Assembly: GCA_963796055.1 (NCBI GenBank)
Contig: CAWCKH010000003.1
Location: 480,001 to 544,000, forward strand
Direction of reading: 5' to 3'
Source: an uncultured delta proteobacterium
Lineage (GTDB): Bacteria > Myxococcota > Myxococcia > Myxococcales > Myxococcaceae
DNA: 64,000 nt
Part shown: piece after piece, positions 32,141 through 42,606 of the stretch
Layout of the letters: each line of letters begins with the position of its first letter
Numbering within the stretch: position 1 is the stretch's first letter
Notes under the pieces: model-generated
What the model was told of the DNA's origin: nothing
Databases searched by the model: none
Seen by the model: the letters and a program-made list of their open reading frames with translations, nothing else
Program-made: the position numbers and the translations under genes

Positions 32141-33127
32141 ATGCGGGTGGCCATCCTGGCAGACATCCACGGGAATCTCCCGGCCTGCGAGGCAGTGCTC
32201 CAGGACATCGCCAGGAACGGGGCCGACGTGGTGGTGGCCGCCGGCGACCTGGCCCTCCGCGGCGCGCACCCCCGCGAGACGGTGGAGCTGCTCTTCGAGC
32301 GCTGCCAGGCGGTGCTGATGGGGAACACCGACTGCTACATCGCCGGGAATTACCTGGGCGGCGCCTACCGGGAGCGGGAGCACTGGAAGCGAGATCTCCT
32401 GGCGTGGACCCGGGACCAGCTCGGCCCCGAGTGGACGCGGAAGCTGGGCGAGCTTCCCTTCAGCGTGCGGTACTCCCCGCGGCGGGGGCAGGACCTCTAC
32501 GTCTGCCACGCGAATCCCCGGAACCTCGAGGAGTCGGTGGACCCGACCCTGGACGACGCGGCGTTGCGCCGGTTCTTCGCCCACCTCGACGCCGCGGCGT
32601 GCGCCTTCGGTCACCTGCACTTCCCCTACCGCCGCCGCTTCGGAAGGATGCTGCTGGCCGACGTGGCCTCTGCCGGCATCCCCCGCGACGGCGACGTGCG
32701 CCCAGCCTACGGGCTCTTCACCTGGACGCCGCGTGGCTGGCGGGTGCAGATCCGCCGGGTTCGCTACTCGGTGCGCCGGGCCACGCAGGCCCTCACCGCG
32801 CGCCGTGTGCCCGGGGGGCCGCTGCTGGTGCACAAGCTGCTCGAGGCGCGCTACCGCCAGCACGGCGCGCTGCTGGAGGCGGCCCGCCGGCACTCGGGCC
32901 TCCCACCCGCGGGCGGACGTCCGGGGATCGAGGCGCTGCGGCACGACAGCCGACCCGGGGCGGCGGTGGTGGCCCTGACGCCGCCGGAGGGCATCCCGGC
33001 GCAGGCGGAGCCCGCGCCCGCCATTCCGGTGCTGGCCGCCGCGCCCCCGCTGGGGACGGGCCGGGTCGACGAGGTGGACGCGTCGGACGATGGACTGGGC
33101 GAGGACGCGGCCGTCACCTTCCGCTGA
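32141..33127 (+). CDS. Metallophosphoesterase (YfcE/Pph2-like)
   Basis: DIHGN, GDL, GNTD, GHLH motifs; third gene after phoBR. Confidence 0.88.
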   Translation: MRVAILADIHGNLPACEAVLQDIARNGADVVVAAGDLALRGAHPRETVELLFERCQAVLMGNTDCYIAGNYLGGAYREREHWKRDLLAWTRDQLGPEWTRKLGELPFSVRYSPRRGQDLYVCHANPRNLEESVDPTLDDAALRRFFAHLDAAACAFGHLHFPYRRRFGRMLLADVASAGIPRDGDVRPAYGLFTWTPRGWRVQIRRVRYSVRRATQALTARRVPGGPLLVHKLLEARYRQHGALLEAARRHSGLPPAGGRPGIEALRHDSRPGAAVVALTPPEGIPAQAEPAPAIPVLAAAPPLGTGRVDEVDASDDGLGEDAAVTFR

Positions 33128-33193
33128 ACGTCCGCCCCCGACCTTGCTAGGTTGCGCCGCCACACCGTGGCGAGACCCCAGGAGTATGCACCG

Positions 33194-33868
33194 ATGAACA
33201 CCCTCCCCCTCGAGCAGGTGCTGCAGGCCGCGCTCGCTCCGCGCGATCTGCTGACCCACCCCTTCTACAAGGCATGGTCCGCCGGGGAGCTCCGGGCCGA
33301 GGACCTCGCGCGGTACGCCGAGCAGTACCGGTTCCAGGTCCACGCGCTCCCCGAGCTGCTGCGCCGGGCGCGCGCGCGCAGCGAGGATGCCGAGACCAGG
33401 GCCGAGCTGTCCCGGAACCTCGACGACGAGGAGGGGCGGACCGGCGTGGCCCACGCGCGGCTGTGGGAGGCGTTCGGGAGCGCGGTGGGCGCAGCGGCAG
33501 AGGCGTCGCCCTTGCCCGAGACGCGCGCCTCGGCCGAGGCGCTGACCGGTCTGGTGGGCGATGACGAGGTGACGGCGCTCGCCGCGCTCTGGGCATACGA
33601 GGTCCAGACCGCGCGGGTGGCGGACACCAAGGAAAGCGGCCTCCGCTGCTACGGCATTGACTCGCCGGTGGCGCTGCGTTTCTTCCGGCTGCACGGGGAG
33701 CTGGACGTGCACCACGCGCGGGGACTGCGCGAGGCCCTCGAGCGGGCGATCGCCAGGGGCGGCTCGGTCGAGACGGCGAAGGCGGCGGTGGAGCGCTCGG
33801 CGCTTGCCCAGTGGATGTTCCTGGACGGAGCCGAGCGGCTCCGGCAGGCGCGGCTGGTGGCGGCGTGA
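33194..33868 (+). CDS. CADD-like heme-oxygenase-fold diiron oxidase (PqqC/TenA/CADD superfamily)
   Basis: LLTHPFYKAWSAGEL, NLDDEEG, HARLW, AYEVQ..VADTK, FFRLH..LDVHH. Confidence 0.85.
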   Translation: MNTLPLEQVLQAALAPRDLLTHPFYKAWSAGELRAEDLARYAEQYRFQVHALPELLRRARARSEDAETRAELSRNLDDEEGRTGVAHARLWEAFGSAVGAAAEASPLPETRASAEALTGLVGDDEVTALAALWAYEVQTARVADTKESGLRCYGIDSPVALRFFRLHGELDVHHARGLREALERAIARGGSVETAKAAVERSALAQWMFLDGAERLRQARLVAA

Positions 33869-33925
33869 AATTGACTGCCTGATATACCCTTGCGCGGTTA
33901 TTCTGTGCCGTATATATCGGCCAGG

Positions 33926-34543
33926 ATGCCTCGCAAGGTCTCGAATCCTCTGGCCCTCGCGGTCCTGGCGCTCCTCCTGGAGAAGCCGAGGCACCCGTAC
34001 GACATGGGCCGGACGATGCGGGAGCGGGGCCAGGAGGAGAGCATCAAGCTGAACTACGGCTCGCTCTACAGCGTGCTCGAGCAGCTGCTCCGGGCCGGCT
34101 TCGTGGCCCAGCGCGAGACCCTCCGGGAGACGGCCCGCCCCGAGCGGACCATCTACGAGATCACCGACGCCGGTCGCGACGAGCTCCACGACTGGATGGC
34201 CGAGCTGGTGAGCACTCCGGTCAAGGAGTACCGCGCCTTCGAGGCGGCCCTGGCGCTGCTGGGGGTCCTCGTTCCGGAGGAGGCCATCCGCCTGCTCACC
34301 CTGCGGCGTCAGCGGCTCGAGGCACGCGTTGCCGAGCAGCGCGCCCGGATCGACGCCCTCGTCGCCGGGGGGCTCCACCCGTTCTTCCTCGTGGAGAACG
34401 AGTTCCGCCTGGCGCTGGAGAGCGCGGAGAAGACCTTCGTCGACCAGCTGCTGCGCACGCTCGACGATCCGAAGCTGGTGGAGATGTGGCGGAGCTTTCA
34501 CGAGCAGAGCGCGAAAGAGCGCGAGAAGGGAGGCCAGGAGTGA
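33926..34543 (+). CDS. PadR family transcriptional regulator
   Basis: LAVLALLLEKPRHPY, GSLYSVL, RTIYEITDAGR. Confidence 0.9.
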   Translation: MPRKVSNPLALAVLALLLEKPRHPYDMGRTMRERGQEESIKLNYGSLYSVLEQLLRAGFVAQRETLRETARPERTIYEITDAGRDELHDWMAELVSTPVKEYRAFEAALALLGVLVPEEAIRLLTLRRQRLEARVAEQRARIDALVAGGLHPFFLVENEFRLALESAEKTFVDQLLRTLDDPKLVEMWRSFHEQSAKEREKGGQE

Positions 34544-35778
34544 ACAGCGTCGGACGGCGGTACGGACGGGGGCTGGTGATCGGCGGAGGCATCGCCGGAC
34601 CAGTGATGGGCATGGCGCTCCAGCGGGTGGGGATCGAAAGCGCCATCTTCGAGGCGAGTTCCGGACCGTCCGATGGTGTCGGCGCTTTCCTCACCGTCGC
34701 CTCGAACGGGATCGATGCCCTTCAAGCCATCGACGCGCACCGGCCGGTGGTCGCCGCCGGCATCCGAACCGAGCGCATGGTGCTCTCCAGCGGAACCGGC
34801 AAGTTCCTCGGCGCGATCGAGGCGGGAGTCCCGCTCACCGACGGAAGCACGACCACCACCATCGAGCGCGCGACCCTGTACCGGCTGCTCCACGACGAGG
34901 CGCGGCGGCGGAGAATCCCCATCGCCCACGGGAAGCGGTTGGTCGGGATCGACGAGACCTCCGCCGGCGTCATCGCCCGGTTCGCCGACGGCAGCGCCGA
35001 GGAGGGAGGGTTCCTGATCGGTGCGGACGGGATCTGGTCCACGACCCGGCTCCTCCTCGATCTGGAGGCGCCCCGCCCCGAGTACACCGGGCTCTTCGGG
35101 CTCGGGGGCCGTGCGCGCGGCGTGAAGCTCGACACAGAGTCGTCGACCTTCGAGATGATCTTCGGCGCGCGGGCGTTCTTCGGCTTCATTCCAGATCGCT
35201 CGGACGTCCTCTGGTTCGCCAACCTCCCCGTGCGCCCCGAGCCCGAGCGCACGGAGCTCGCAGCGGTCCCGCCGCGCGCGTGGAAGGAGCGCCTCGTGGA
35301 GGCCTTCGCCGACGACGCTTTCCCGGCCCGGGAGATCATCGAGGCCACGGACGACGAGGACTTGCGGACCGCGAGCATGCACACCCTCGAGCCGCCGGCG
35401 AGCTGGTACAGGGGACGCTCCGTCCTGGTGGGCGACGCGGCGCACGTGACGTCCCCCAGCTCGGGTCAGGGCGCCTCGCTGGCCATGGAGGACGCGGTGG
35501 AGCTGGCGCGGTGCCTGAGGGAGCGGAACCGTGTCGGCTCCGCCTTCAGCGCCTTCCAGACCCTGCGGGAAGCGCGAGTCCGGCGCGTTCTCCGCGCGGC
35601 GAAGCGGGTCAACTCCGATAAGGCCGCCGGGCCAGTGGGGCGGGCAATCCGCGACGCGGTCATGCCGCTGATGATGCGGTGGATGGCCAACCCCGCCCGG
35701 CAGCTCTGGCTCCTCGCGCACCACATCGACTTCACGGGGCCCGTCGGTGGGCCGCGGGCTTTTCTGGAAGCGGCATAG
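34540..35778 (+). CDS. FAD-dependent monooxygenase (group A)
   Basis: GGGIAG, IGADGIWS, LVGDAAH..SPSSGQGASLAMEDA. Confidence 0.92.
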   Translation: MNSVGRRYGRGLVIGGGIAGPVMGMALQRVGIESAIFEASSGPSDGVGAFLTVASNGIDALQAIDAHRPVVAAGIRTERMVLSSGTGKFLGAIEAGVPLTDGSTTTTIERATLYRLLHDEARRRRIPIAHGKRLVGIDETSAGVIARFADGSAEEGGFLIGADGIWSTTRLLLDLEAPRPEYTGLFGLGGRARGVKLDTESSTFEMIFGARAFFGFIPDRSDVLWFANLPVRPEPERTELAAVPPRAWKERLVEAFADDAFPAREIIEATDDEDLRTASMHTLEPPASWYRGRSVLVGDAAHVTSPSSGQGASLAMEDAVELARCLRERNRVGSAFSAFQTLREARVRRVLRAAKRVNSDKAAGPVGRAIRDAVMPLMMRWMANPARQLWLLAHHIDFTGPVGGPRAFLEAA

Positions 35779-35861
35779 CCCGGACCGATGTCGATCCGCG
35801 GACCGCTGCTTTGTCGTCTGGGCGTGGGCGCAGTTCAGCGCCCCCGACCAGGAGGCAGACC

Positions 35862-36058
35862 ATGGAAGCCAGCTCGACCTCTCGCCGCTCGGCGTTCATG
35901 CTGTTCGACGTTACCTCGGAGGCGCGGTGGCGGTGCACCTCCGGGTCGGCGACCCGCTCCCCACCCACACCCTGTTCCCGATCTACGTGGCGGCCCTGCT
36001 CTGGGCCGACCTCGCCTTGCGAGATGCCCGGGTTCGAGAGCTCGTCCGGTCGGAGTGA
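35862..36058 (+). pseudogene. Internally deleted DoxX-like membrane protein remnant
   Basis: GGAGG RBS then MEASSTSRRSAFMLFD, joined out of frame to YLGGAVAVHLRVGDP..HTLFPIY..LLW..L.LRD.RVR. Confidence 0.65.
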
Positions 36059-36125
36059 CCCCAGCGCGGTGGCGGTGCATGGCCCATGCACCGCCTGACC
36101 CTTGCCGGCAGGCCGCCGGCGTGGG

Positions 36126-37445
36126 ATGCGCGACGACGGCCCTCCGCCCGTGAGTCCTTCCACCCGCTCGCCCGCGCTCCGGGCCTTTCGCTCGCTCGAC
36201 TACCGACGGTTCCTCGGCTCGCGGCTGCTCGCCATCCTCGGCCTCGAGATGGTGAACGTCGCCGTCGGCTGGCAGGTCTATGCGCTCACCAAGCGGCCAC
36301 TGGACCTCGGCTACGTCGGGCTCGCGCAGTTCCTTCCCCCGCTCTTCCTCACCCTGCCAGCGGGGCACGCCGCCGACCGCTTCGACCGGCGCCGGGTGAT
36401 GCTGCTCTGCCACCTCGGCTTCGGGATCTGCGCCGGGCTGCTGGCCTGGCTCGCGCTCACCGGCGTCCGAAGCCCCGTGCCGATCTTCGTCGTGCTCCTC
36501 CTCCTCGGCGTCGCACGGGCCTTCAACGCTCCGGCAGCACAGGCGTTGATGCCGTCGCTCCTGCCCGAGGCCGACTTCCCCAACGCCGTGGCCTGGAACT
36601 CGAGCACCCTTCAGGTCGCCAACGTGGTCGGTCCGGCGCTCGGGGGCGCGCTCTATGCGCTGCTCGGAAGCCCCGAGTTCGTCTACCTCCTCGCCGCCGG
36701 GTTCGCCGTCCTCGACGTCGCGGTGCTCGCCGGGATCCGCACCCGGACCGGCCGGATGGAATCGAAGGCGACGTCCTGGTCAACGGTGCTCGCCGGAGTC
36801 CGGTACGTCTGGCACAACAAGGTCGTCCTCGGCTCCATCTCGCTGGACCTCTTCGCGGTGCTGCTCGGGGGCGCGGCCGCGCTGATGCCGGTGTTCGCCC
36901 AGGACGTGCTGCACACCGGCGCCTGGGGCCTGGGCATCCTCCGCGGCGCGCCGGCCCTGGGCGCCGGCGCCGTCGGGCTCTACCTCGCCGCCCGACCCCT
37001 CCGCCGCCACGTCGGCCGGACGATGCTGATCGGCGTGTCCGTCTTCGGGGCGGCCACGGTCGGCTTCGGGCTGTCGCGCGCCCTCTGGCTCTCGGTGCTG
37101 CTGCTGATCGTCATGGGCGCGGCCGACATGCTGAGCGTCTTCGTCCGCCTCACGCTGGTGCAGATCTCCCCGCCCCCCGAGATGCGAGGCCGGGTGAACG
37201 CGGTGAACATGCTCTTCATCGGGGCCAGCAACGAACTGGGCGAGTTCGAGTCCGGGCTCACCGCTCAGTGGCTCGGACCGGTGCGCGCGGTGGTCGCCGG
37301 CGGGGTCGGAACCCTGCTGGTGGTCCTCGCCTGGACGCGGCTTTTCCCCGAACTGGCGCGGGTGGATCGGCTGCCGACGGAATCCACGACCGCCAGGCTG
37401 GAACGCGAATCCAGCCCCGCCGAAGCCAGCGCGCCATCCGCCTGA
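36126..37445 (+). CDS. MFS transporter (EntS/MFS_3-like)
   Basis: About 12 TM helices, AGHAADRFDRRRV, SLDLFAVLLGGA, GASNELGEFESG. Confidence 0.92.
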   Translation: MRDDGPPPVSPSTRSPALRAFRSLDYRRFLGSRLLAILGLEMVNVAVGWQVYALTKRPLDLGYVGLAQFLPPLFLTLPAGHAADRFDRRRVMLLCHLGFGICAGLLAWLALTGVRSPVPIFVVLLLLGVARAFNAPAAQALMPSLLPEADFPNAVAWNSSTLQVANVVGPALGGALYALLGSPEFVYLLAAGFAVLDVAVLAGIRTRTGRMESKATSWSTVLAGVRYVWHNKVVLGSISLDLFAVLLGGAAALMPVFAQDVLHTGAWGLGILRGAPALGAGAVGLYLAARPLRRHVGRTMLIGVSVFGAATVGFGLSRALWLSVLLLIVMGAADMLSVFVRLTLVQISPPPEMRGRVNAVNMLFIGASNELGEFESGLTAQWLGPVRAVVAGGVGTLLVVLAWTRLFPELARVDRLPTESTTARLERESSPAEASAPSA

Positions 37446-37501
37446 TTCCCGGTACTTCGGTTCAGGTGACGAAAGCGTGTAACCGGGCTTCCGAGCGGAG
37501 C

Positions 37502-37529
37502 TTTCACCGGCCCGTCACCAAGACGCCAT
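37502..37529 (+). promoter_or_regulatory. Putative Pho box upstream of pstS
   Basis: TTTCAC (37502), CGTCAC (37513), CGCCAT (37524) at 11-nt period. Confidence 0.6.
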
Positions 37530-37599
37530 CGAGTCCGCTTACATCGCCGGCGGCTGAATCGTCTCCACCGACAGACATTCAAAAAGGGAGAGTCACACC

Positions 37600-38622
37600 A
37601 TGAAGAGGTTGCTGATTGGCGCCGCGCTGCTCCTCGGCACCATCGCGTCCGCAGAGAGCCTGCTGATCAACGGAGCCGGCGCGACGTTCCCGTTCCCCAT
37701 CTATTCCAAGTGGTTCAACGAGTACAATCACCTCCACCCGGACATCAAATTCAACTATCAGTCCATCGGGTCGGGCGGTGGCATCAAGCAGTTCACCGAC
37801 GGCACGGTCGACTTCGGCGCCAGCGACGCCCCGATGAAGGACGATCAGATCGCCAAGGCACCGGACGTGGTTCACATCCCCACCGTCCTGGGCGCCGACG
37901 TCGTCGCCTACAACGCGCCCGGAGTGAAGAACCTGCGCTTCTCTCCCCAGACCATCGCCAACATCTTCCTGGGGAAGATCACCAAGTGGAACGACCCAGC
38001 GATCGCGGCGGATAACCCCGGCCTCAAGCTTCCCGATCAGAGCATCACCGTCGCGCACCGGTCCGATGGCTCGGGCACGACCTACATCTTCACCGACTAC
38101 CTCTCGAAGGTCTCGCCGGAGTGGAAGAGCAAGGTCGGCGCCGGGACCAGCGTGAACTGGCCGGTCGGACTCGGGGGCAAGGGCAACGAAGGCGTCACCG
38201 GAATCGTCAAGAGCACGCCCGGCTCCCTCGGCTACGTCGAGCTGATCTACGCCATCCAGCAGAAGCTCTCGGTCGCGGACGTCAAGAACAAGGACGGGAA
38301 CTGGGTGAAGCCCTCGCTGGAGAGCACCACTGCTGCCGCCGCCGGCATCGAGATGCCTCCGGACTACCGGGTCTCGATCACCAACCCCGAGGGGAAGGAC
38401 GCATATCCGATCGCCGGCTTCACTTACCTCCTCGTCCACAAGGATGCGAAGGACAAGAGCAAGGGCACGGCGATCATCAACTTCCTGCGCTGGGCGATCA
38501 CCGACGGGCAGAAGCTTGCCACTCCCCTCGACTACGCCCCGCTTCCGAAGCCGGTCCAGGAGCGGGTGCTGAAGACCATCGACACGCTGACCGTGCAGGG
38601 CACGAAGATCAGTGCCAGGTAG
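37600..38622 (+). CDS. pstS: Phosphate ABC transporter substrate-binding protein
   Basis: GAGATFP, YQSIGSGGG, HRSDGSGTT, GGKGNEGV. Confidence 0.97.
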   Translation: MKRLLIGAALLLGTIASAESLLINGAGATFPFPIYSKWFNEYNHLHPDIKFNYQSIGSGGGIKQFTDGTVDFGASDAPMKDDQIAKAPDVVHIPTVLGADVVAYNAPGVKNLRFSPQTIANIFLGKITKWNDPAIAADNPGLKLPDQSITVAHRSDGSGTTYIFTDYLSKVSPEWKSKVGAGTSVNWPVGLGGKGNEGVTGIVKSTPGSLGYVELIYAIQQKLSVADVKNKDGNWVKPSLESTTAAAAGIEMPPDYRVSITNPEGKDAYPIAGFTYLLVHKDAKDKSKGTAIINFLRWAITDGQKLATPLDYAPLPKPVQERVLKTIDTLTVQGTKISAR

Positions 38623-38632
38623 GGAGGCAGTC

Positions 38633-39613
38633 GTGGACGTTCCGGCCTCAACTGCCGACGCGTCCGACCCCCACGCCGGCCACCCGGGAGTCAGCAACCT
38701 GGGTGACCGGGTGTTCGGTGGAACGCTGTGGATCCTCGGGATCATGATCCTGGTGGTCGCGGCGCTGATCGTTTTGAACCTGGCTCTGGTCGCGCGGCCG
38801 CTGGCCAAGGAGCACAGCCTCTGGGGGTTCATCACCAACACCCAGTGGGATCCGGTCGAGGACCACTTCGGGGCTCTCACCTTCCTCTATGGCACCCTGG
38901 TCACTGCAGGGGTGTCGCTGGTTCTCGCGGTCCCGGTGGCGATCGGCCTCAGCCTCTTCATCACCCAGTTTGCCCCCCCCAAGCTCGGTCGTGTCCTGAC
39001 CATCCCGGTAGAGCTCCTGGCAGCCATTCCCTCCGTCGTGTACGGGCTGTGGGGCCTCTTCATCGTCGTTCCCTGGCTGCGGAGTACGATCGAGCCCTGG
39101 CTGGGCAAGCACTTCGGCTGGATCCCCCTGTTCCAGGGCCCTCCGATCGGTCTGGGCTATCTTGCCTCGAGCATCATCCTCGCGGTGATGATCCTCCCTA
39201 CCATCGTCGCGGTCTCGGTGGAGGTGATGAAGACCACGCCGGAGGCGAATCGAGAGGCGGCGCTGGCCCTGGGGGCGACCAAGTGGGAAGCGGTGATGAT
39301 GGCCGTCATTCCCTACAGCCGCGCGGGGATCCTCGGCGCCGTGCTCCTCGGACTGGGCCGCTCGCTCGGCGAGACGATGGCAGTGACCATGGTCATCGGG
39401 AACACGCCCCAGATCTCCGCGTCGCTCTTCGCAGCCGGGTACAGCCTCCCAGCGGTGATCGCCAACGAGTTCGCAGAGGCGGTCACCAACGTTCACATCG
39501 GAGCACTGGCAGGCTTGGGACTCATCCTCTTCGCCACCACGTTCCTCCTCAACGCCGGAGCCCGGGTGCTGGTCACCGCGGTCCAGAAGGGCCCCAGGCG
39601 GATCTCCGGATGA
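38633..39613 (+). CDS. pstC: Phosphate ABC transporter permease
   Basis: ELLAAIPSVVYGLWG, EAALALGATKWE, LGRSLGETMAV. Confidence 0.96.
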   Translation: MDVPASTADASDPHAGHPGVSNLGDRVFGGTLWILGIMILVVAALIVLNLALVARPLAKEHSLWGFITNTQWDPVEDHFGALTFLYGTLVTAGVSLVLAVPVAIGLSLFITQFAPPKLGRVLTIPVELLAAIPSVVYGLWGLFIVVPWLRSTIEPWLGKHFGWIPLFQGPPIGLGYLASSIILAVMILPTIVAVSVEVMKTTPEANREAALALGATKWEAVMMAVIPYSRAGILGAVLLGLGRSLGETMAVTMVIGNTPQISASLFAAGYSLPAVIANEFAEAVTNVHIGALAGLGLILFATTFLLNAGARVLVTAVQKGPRRISG

Positions 39614-40464
39614 ACCTTCACTCCTCCTTCACCTACCGGAAGATCGTCGACCGGGGGATGGCGGTGGTGTGTGCCCTGTTCTTCGCCCTGGCGTTCGTCC
39701 CGCTGCTCTCGGTGCTCTGGCTGGTGATCAGCAAGGGCGCCGCCGGGCTCTCCTGGGACTTCTTCACCCAGCTGCCCAAGCCGGTGGGTGAGGTAGGGGG
39801 CGGCGTCGGGAACGCCCTCGTCGGGACACTGTTCATGGTCGGCCTGGCCTGTCTCATCGGTCTGCCCCTGGGTGTCGGGGCCGGGGTGTTCCTGGCCGAG
39901 AAAGGGGACGGAACGGTGGGCGCCTCCGTCCGCTTCATGGCCGAGGTGCTTTCAGGTGTTCCCTCCATCGTGGTGGGAATCGTCGCCTACGCGCTGGTGG
40001 TGCTTCCGATGGGACACTTCTCGGCGCTTGCCGGAGCCGTGGCTCTGGCGATCCTGATGATTCCCACGCTCGCCCGGGCCACCGAGGAGCTGGTGAGGCT
40101 CGTTCCGGGATCGCTCCGCGAAGCCTCTCTGGCCCTGGGCGTCCCCCACTGGAAGACCAGCGTCCGGGTGGTCATCCGCACCGCGATGAGCGGAATCGTC
40201 ACCGCGTGCCTGCTCGCGGTCGCCCGGGCGGCAGGGGAGACCGCGCCCCTCCTCTTCACCGCCCTGAACAACCAGTACTGGAACACCGACCCACGCGCGC
40301 CGACGGCGTCGTTGACGGTCGCCATCTTCAACTACGCGATCAGCCCCTACGACGACTGGCACGCGAAGGCCTGGACAGCCGCGCTGGTTCTCCTGATCGT
40401 GGTGGGCCTCTTGAACATCATCTCGCGGATTGCCACCCGCAGCCGGCTGAAGGGCGCTCGATGA
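39610..40464 (+). CDS. pstA: Phosphate ABC transporter permease
   Basis: [27 protein letters not shown]. Confidence 0.96.
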   Translation: MNLHSSFTYRKIVDRGMAVVCALFFALAFVPLLSVLWLVISKGAAGLSWDFFTQLPKPVGEVGGGVGNALVGTLFMVGLACLIGLPLGVGAGVFLAEKGDGTVGASVRFMAEVLSGVPSIVVGIVAYALVVLPMGHFSALAGAVALAILMIPTLARATEELVRLVPGSLREASLALGVPHWKTSVRVVIRTAMSGIVTACLLAVARAAGETAPLLFTALNNQYWNTDPRAPTASLTVAIFNYAISPYDDWHAKAWTAALVLLIVVGLLNIISRIATRSRLKGAR

Positions 40465-41306
40465 CTCCCGCTCCCGCGGCACAAGCCATGACTCAAGAGA
40501 AGCCCGCCTCCGTCCCCCCGCACCCAGCCCCACAACCGGGGACCGCCGAGGAGAGCCTCCCCAAGGTCGAGGTCCAGGACCTCAACGTCTACTTCCGGAA
40601 GAACCACGCCATCCGGCACGTCTCGCTCAAGGTGCAGCCGCAGACGGTGATGGCAGTGATCGGCCCATCCGGCTGCGGCAAGTCGACCTTCGTCCGCGCG
40701 CTGAACCGGATGCACGACCTGGTCCCGGGTGCCCGGGTCGAGGGCAAGGTCTACGTCGACGGCAAGGATCTCTACGCCAAAGCCATCGACCCGGTGCTGC
40801 TCCGCCGCCGGGTGGGGATGGTGTTCCAGCGGCCAAACCCCTTCCCCACCATGTCGATCTACGAGAACGTCGCCGCCGGGCTGACCCTCAACGGCATGGG
40901 TGGGAACCACCAGGAGGTCGTCGAGCACTGCCTCCGTCAGGCGGCGCTGTGGGACGAGGTGAAGGACCGGCTGAAGCACGCCGGCACGTCGCTCTCCGGC
41001 GGGCAGCAGCAGCGGCTCTGCATCGCCCGGGCGCTGGCGGTGCAGCCCGAGGTGCTGCTGATGGACGAGCCGGCCTCGGCGCTCGACCCCATCGCCACCG
41101 CGAAGATCGAGGAGCTGATCCACGAGCTGAAGGAAAAGTACACCATCATCATCGTGACCCATTCCATGCAGCAGGCGGCTCGCGTGTCGGACAACACCGC
41201 GTTCTTCTACCTGGGCGAGCTCATCGAGATCGGGCCCACCGCACAGATCTTCACCAACCCGCGCGAGCGACGGACGGAGGACTATGTCACCGGCAAGTTC
41301 GGGTAA
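40461..41306 (+). CDS. pstB: Phosphate ABC transporter ATPase
   Basis: [31 protein letters not shown]. Confidence 0.97.
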   Translation: MTPAPAAQAMTQEKPASVPPHPAPQPGTAEESLPKVEVQDLNVYFRKNHAIRHVSLKVQPQTVMAVIGPSGCGKSTFVRALNRMHDLVPGARVEGKVYVDGKDLYAKAIDPVLLRRRVGMVFQRPNPFPTMSIYENVAAGLTLNGMGGNHQEVVEHCLRQAALWDEVKDRLKHAGTSLSGGQQQRLCIARALAVQPEVLLMDEPASALDPIATAKIEELIHELKEKYTIIIVTHSMQQAARVSDNTAFFYLGELIEIGPTAQIFTNPRERRTEDYVTGKFG

Positions 41307-41994
41307 GGCGGGCGCGGCGCACACCGACAAGGCGTTCGAGTCGGACCTCCGCCTGGTCCGGGAGAAGCTCCTGGCGATGGGAGCCAAGGTGGAGGAGCAG
41401 ATCGCCAAGAGCATGCGCTCGCTCACCGACCGGGACTCGGAGCTGGGCGAGCAGGTGAAGGATGGGGACATCGAGGTCAACCGGCTCGAGGTCGACATCG
41501 ACGAGCTGTGCCGGAAGATCCTCGCCCTTCGGCAGCCGGCGGCCTCGGACCTCCGGTTGATCACCACCGCGCTGAAGATCGTCACCGACCTGGAGCGCAT
41601 CGGGGACCTGGCGGTGAACATCGCCGAGCGGGCCATGGACCTGAACCAGGCCCCGCCGCTCGCCGCCTACGTGGACATGCCGCGGCTGGCCGAACTGGCG
41701 CAGGAGCAGGTGAAGAAAGCGCTCGACTCCTTCGTCCGCGCCGACCCCGAGGAGGCCCAGGAGGTGCTCGCCGGGGACGACCACCTCGACGACCTGTTCG
41801 TGAAGATCTTCAACGAGCTCCTGGCCTTCATGATGGAGGACTCGCGGAACATCCGCCGCGCCACCTCGCTGGTCTCGATCTGCAAGCACCTGGAGCGGAT
41901 CGGCGACCACGCGGTGAACGTGGCGGAGATGGTCATCTACATGGTGCGGGGCACCGACGTCCGGCACCCAAGGAGCCGGGCCGTCGAGAGTTGA
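41284..41994 (+). CDS. phoU: Phosphate signalling protein PhoU
   Basis: [28 protein letters not shown]. Confidence 0.96.
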   Translation: MSPASSGKAGAAHTDKAFESDLRLVREKLLAMGAKVEEQIAKSMRSLTDRDSELGEQVKDGDIEVNRLEVDIDELCRKILALRQPAASDLRLITTALKIVTDLERIGDLAVNIAERAMDLNQAPPLAAYVDMPRLAELAQEQVKKALDSFVRADPEEAQEVLAGDDHLDDLFVKIFNELLAFMMEDSRNIRRATSLVSICKHLERIGDHAVNVAEMVIYMVRGTDVRHPRSRAVES

Positions 41995-42071
41995 CGGCCG
42001 GTCGCTCCCCGGCCGGGCTCACCTCCCGGCCGTGACCGTCCCCCGACCTCTCTGCCAACCTCGGGACTCGC

Positions 42072-42440
42072 GTGGGGACGGCCGGAACTCCGAAACGCAA
42101 GGTGCTGGTCGTCGACGACGACCCGAGCTGGCGGCACATCCTGGTGCTCGAGCTGGAGGAGCTGGGTTACGAGCCGGTGGAGGCCGCCGACGGCGCCGAG
42201 GCGCTCCACCTGCTCGAGCAGGTGGACTGCTTCGTGGTCCTGCTGGACCTCCGGATGCCAGGCCTGGACGGCCGCGAGTTCCTGGCGCGGCTTCCGCCCG
42301 GGGGGCCGCGGGTGGTGCTCCTCACCGCCGCCGGCATGGACGAGGTGCAGCAGGCGCTGGCGACGAGTCCGCACTACTACCTGCCCAAGGCCGCCGGGCG
42401 GGACGAGCTCGCGCTGATGCTCCAGTCGCTCGCCGCCTGA
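42072..42440 (+). CDS. Single-domain response regulator
   Basis: VLVVDDD, LLDLRMPGLDG, YLPK. Confidence 0.85.
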   Translation: MGTAGTPKRKVLVVDDDPSWRHILVLELEELGYEPVEAADGAEALHLLEQVDCFVVLLDLRMPGLDGREFLARLPPGGPRVVLLTAAGMDEVQQALATSPHYYLPKAAGRDELALMLQSLAA

Positions 42441-42606
42441 GGGCCGCGGCGCCGCCAGGACGCACGGCGCTCGAGTGCCAGGTCCCACCGACGACCGCTG
42501 ACCACCCGGGTCCACACCAGGGGCCGCCTGTGTCCAGTGGCGCGGACGGCCGGGGCGCATCTCTCCCCGCTCGTCGCTGGCGCGCGCGCTGCACCAGCAT
42601 TCACGG

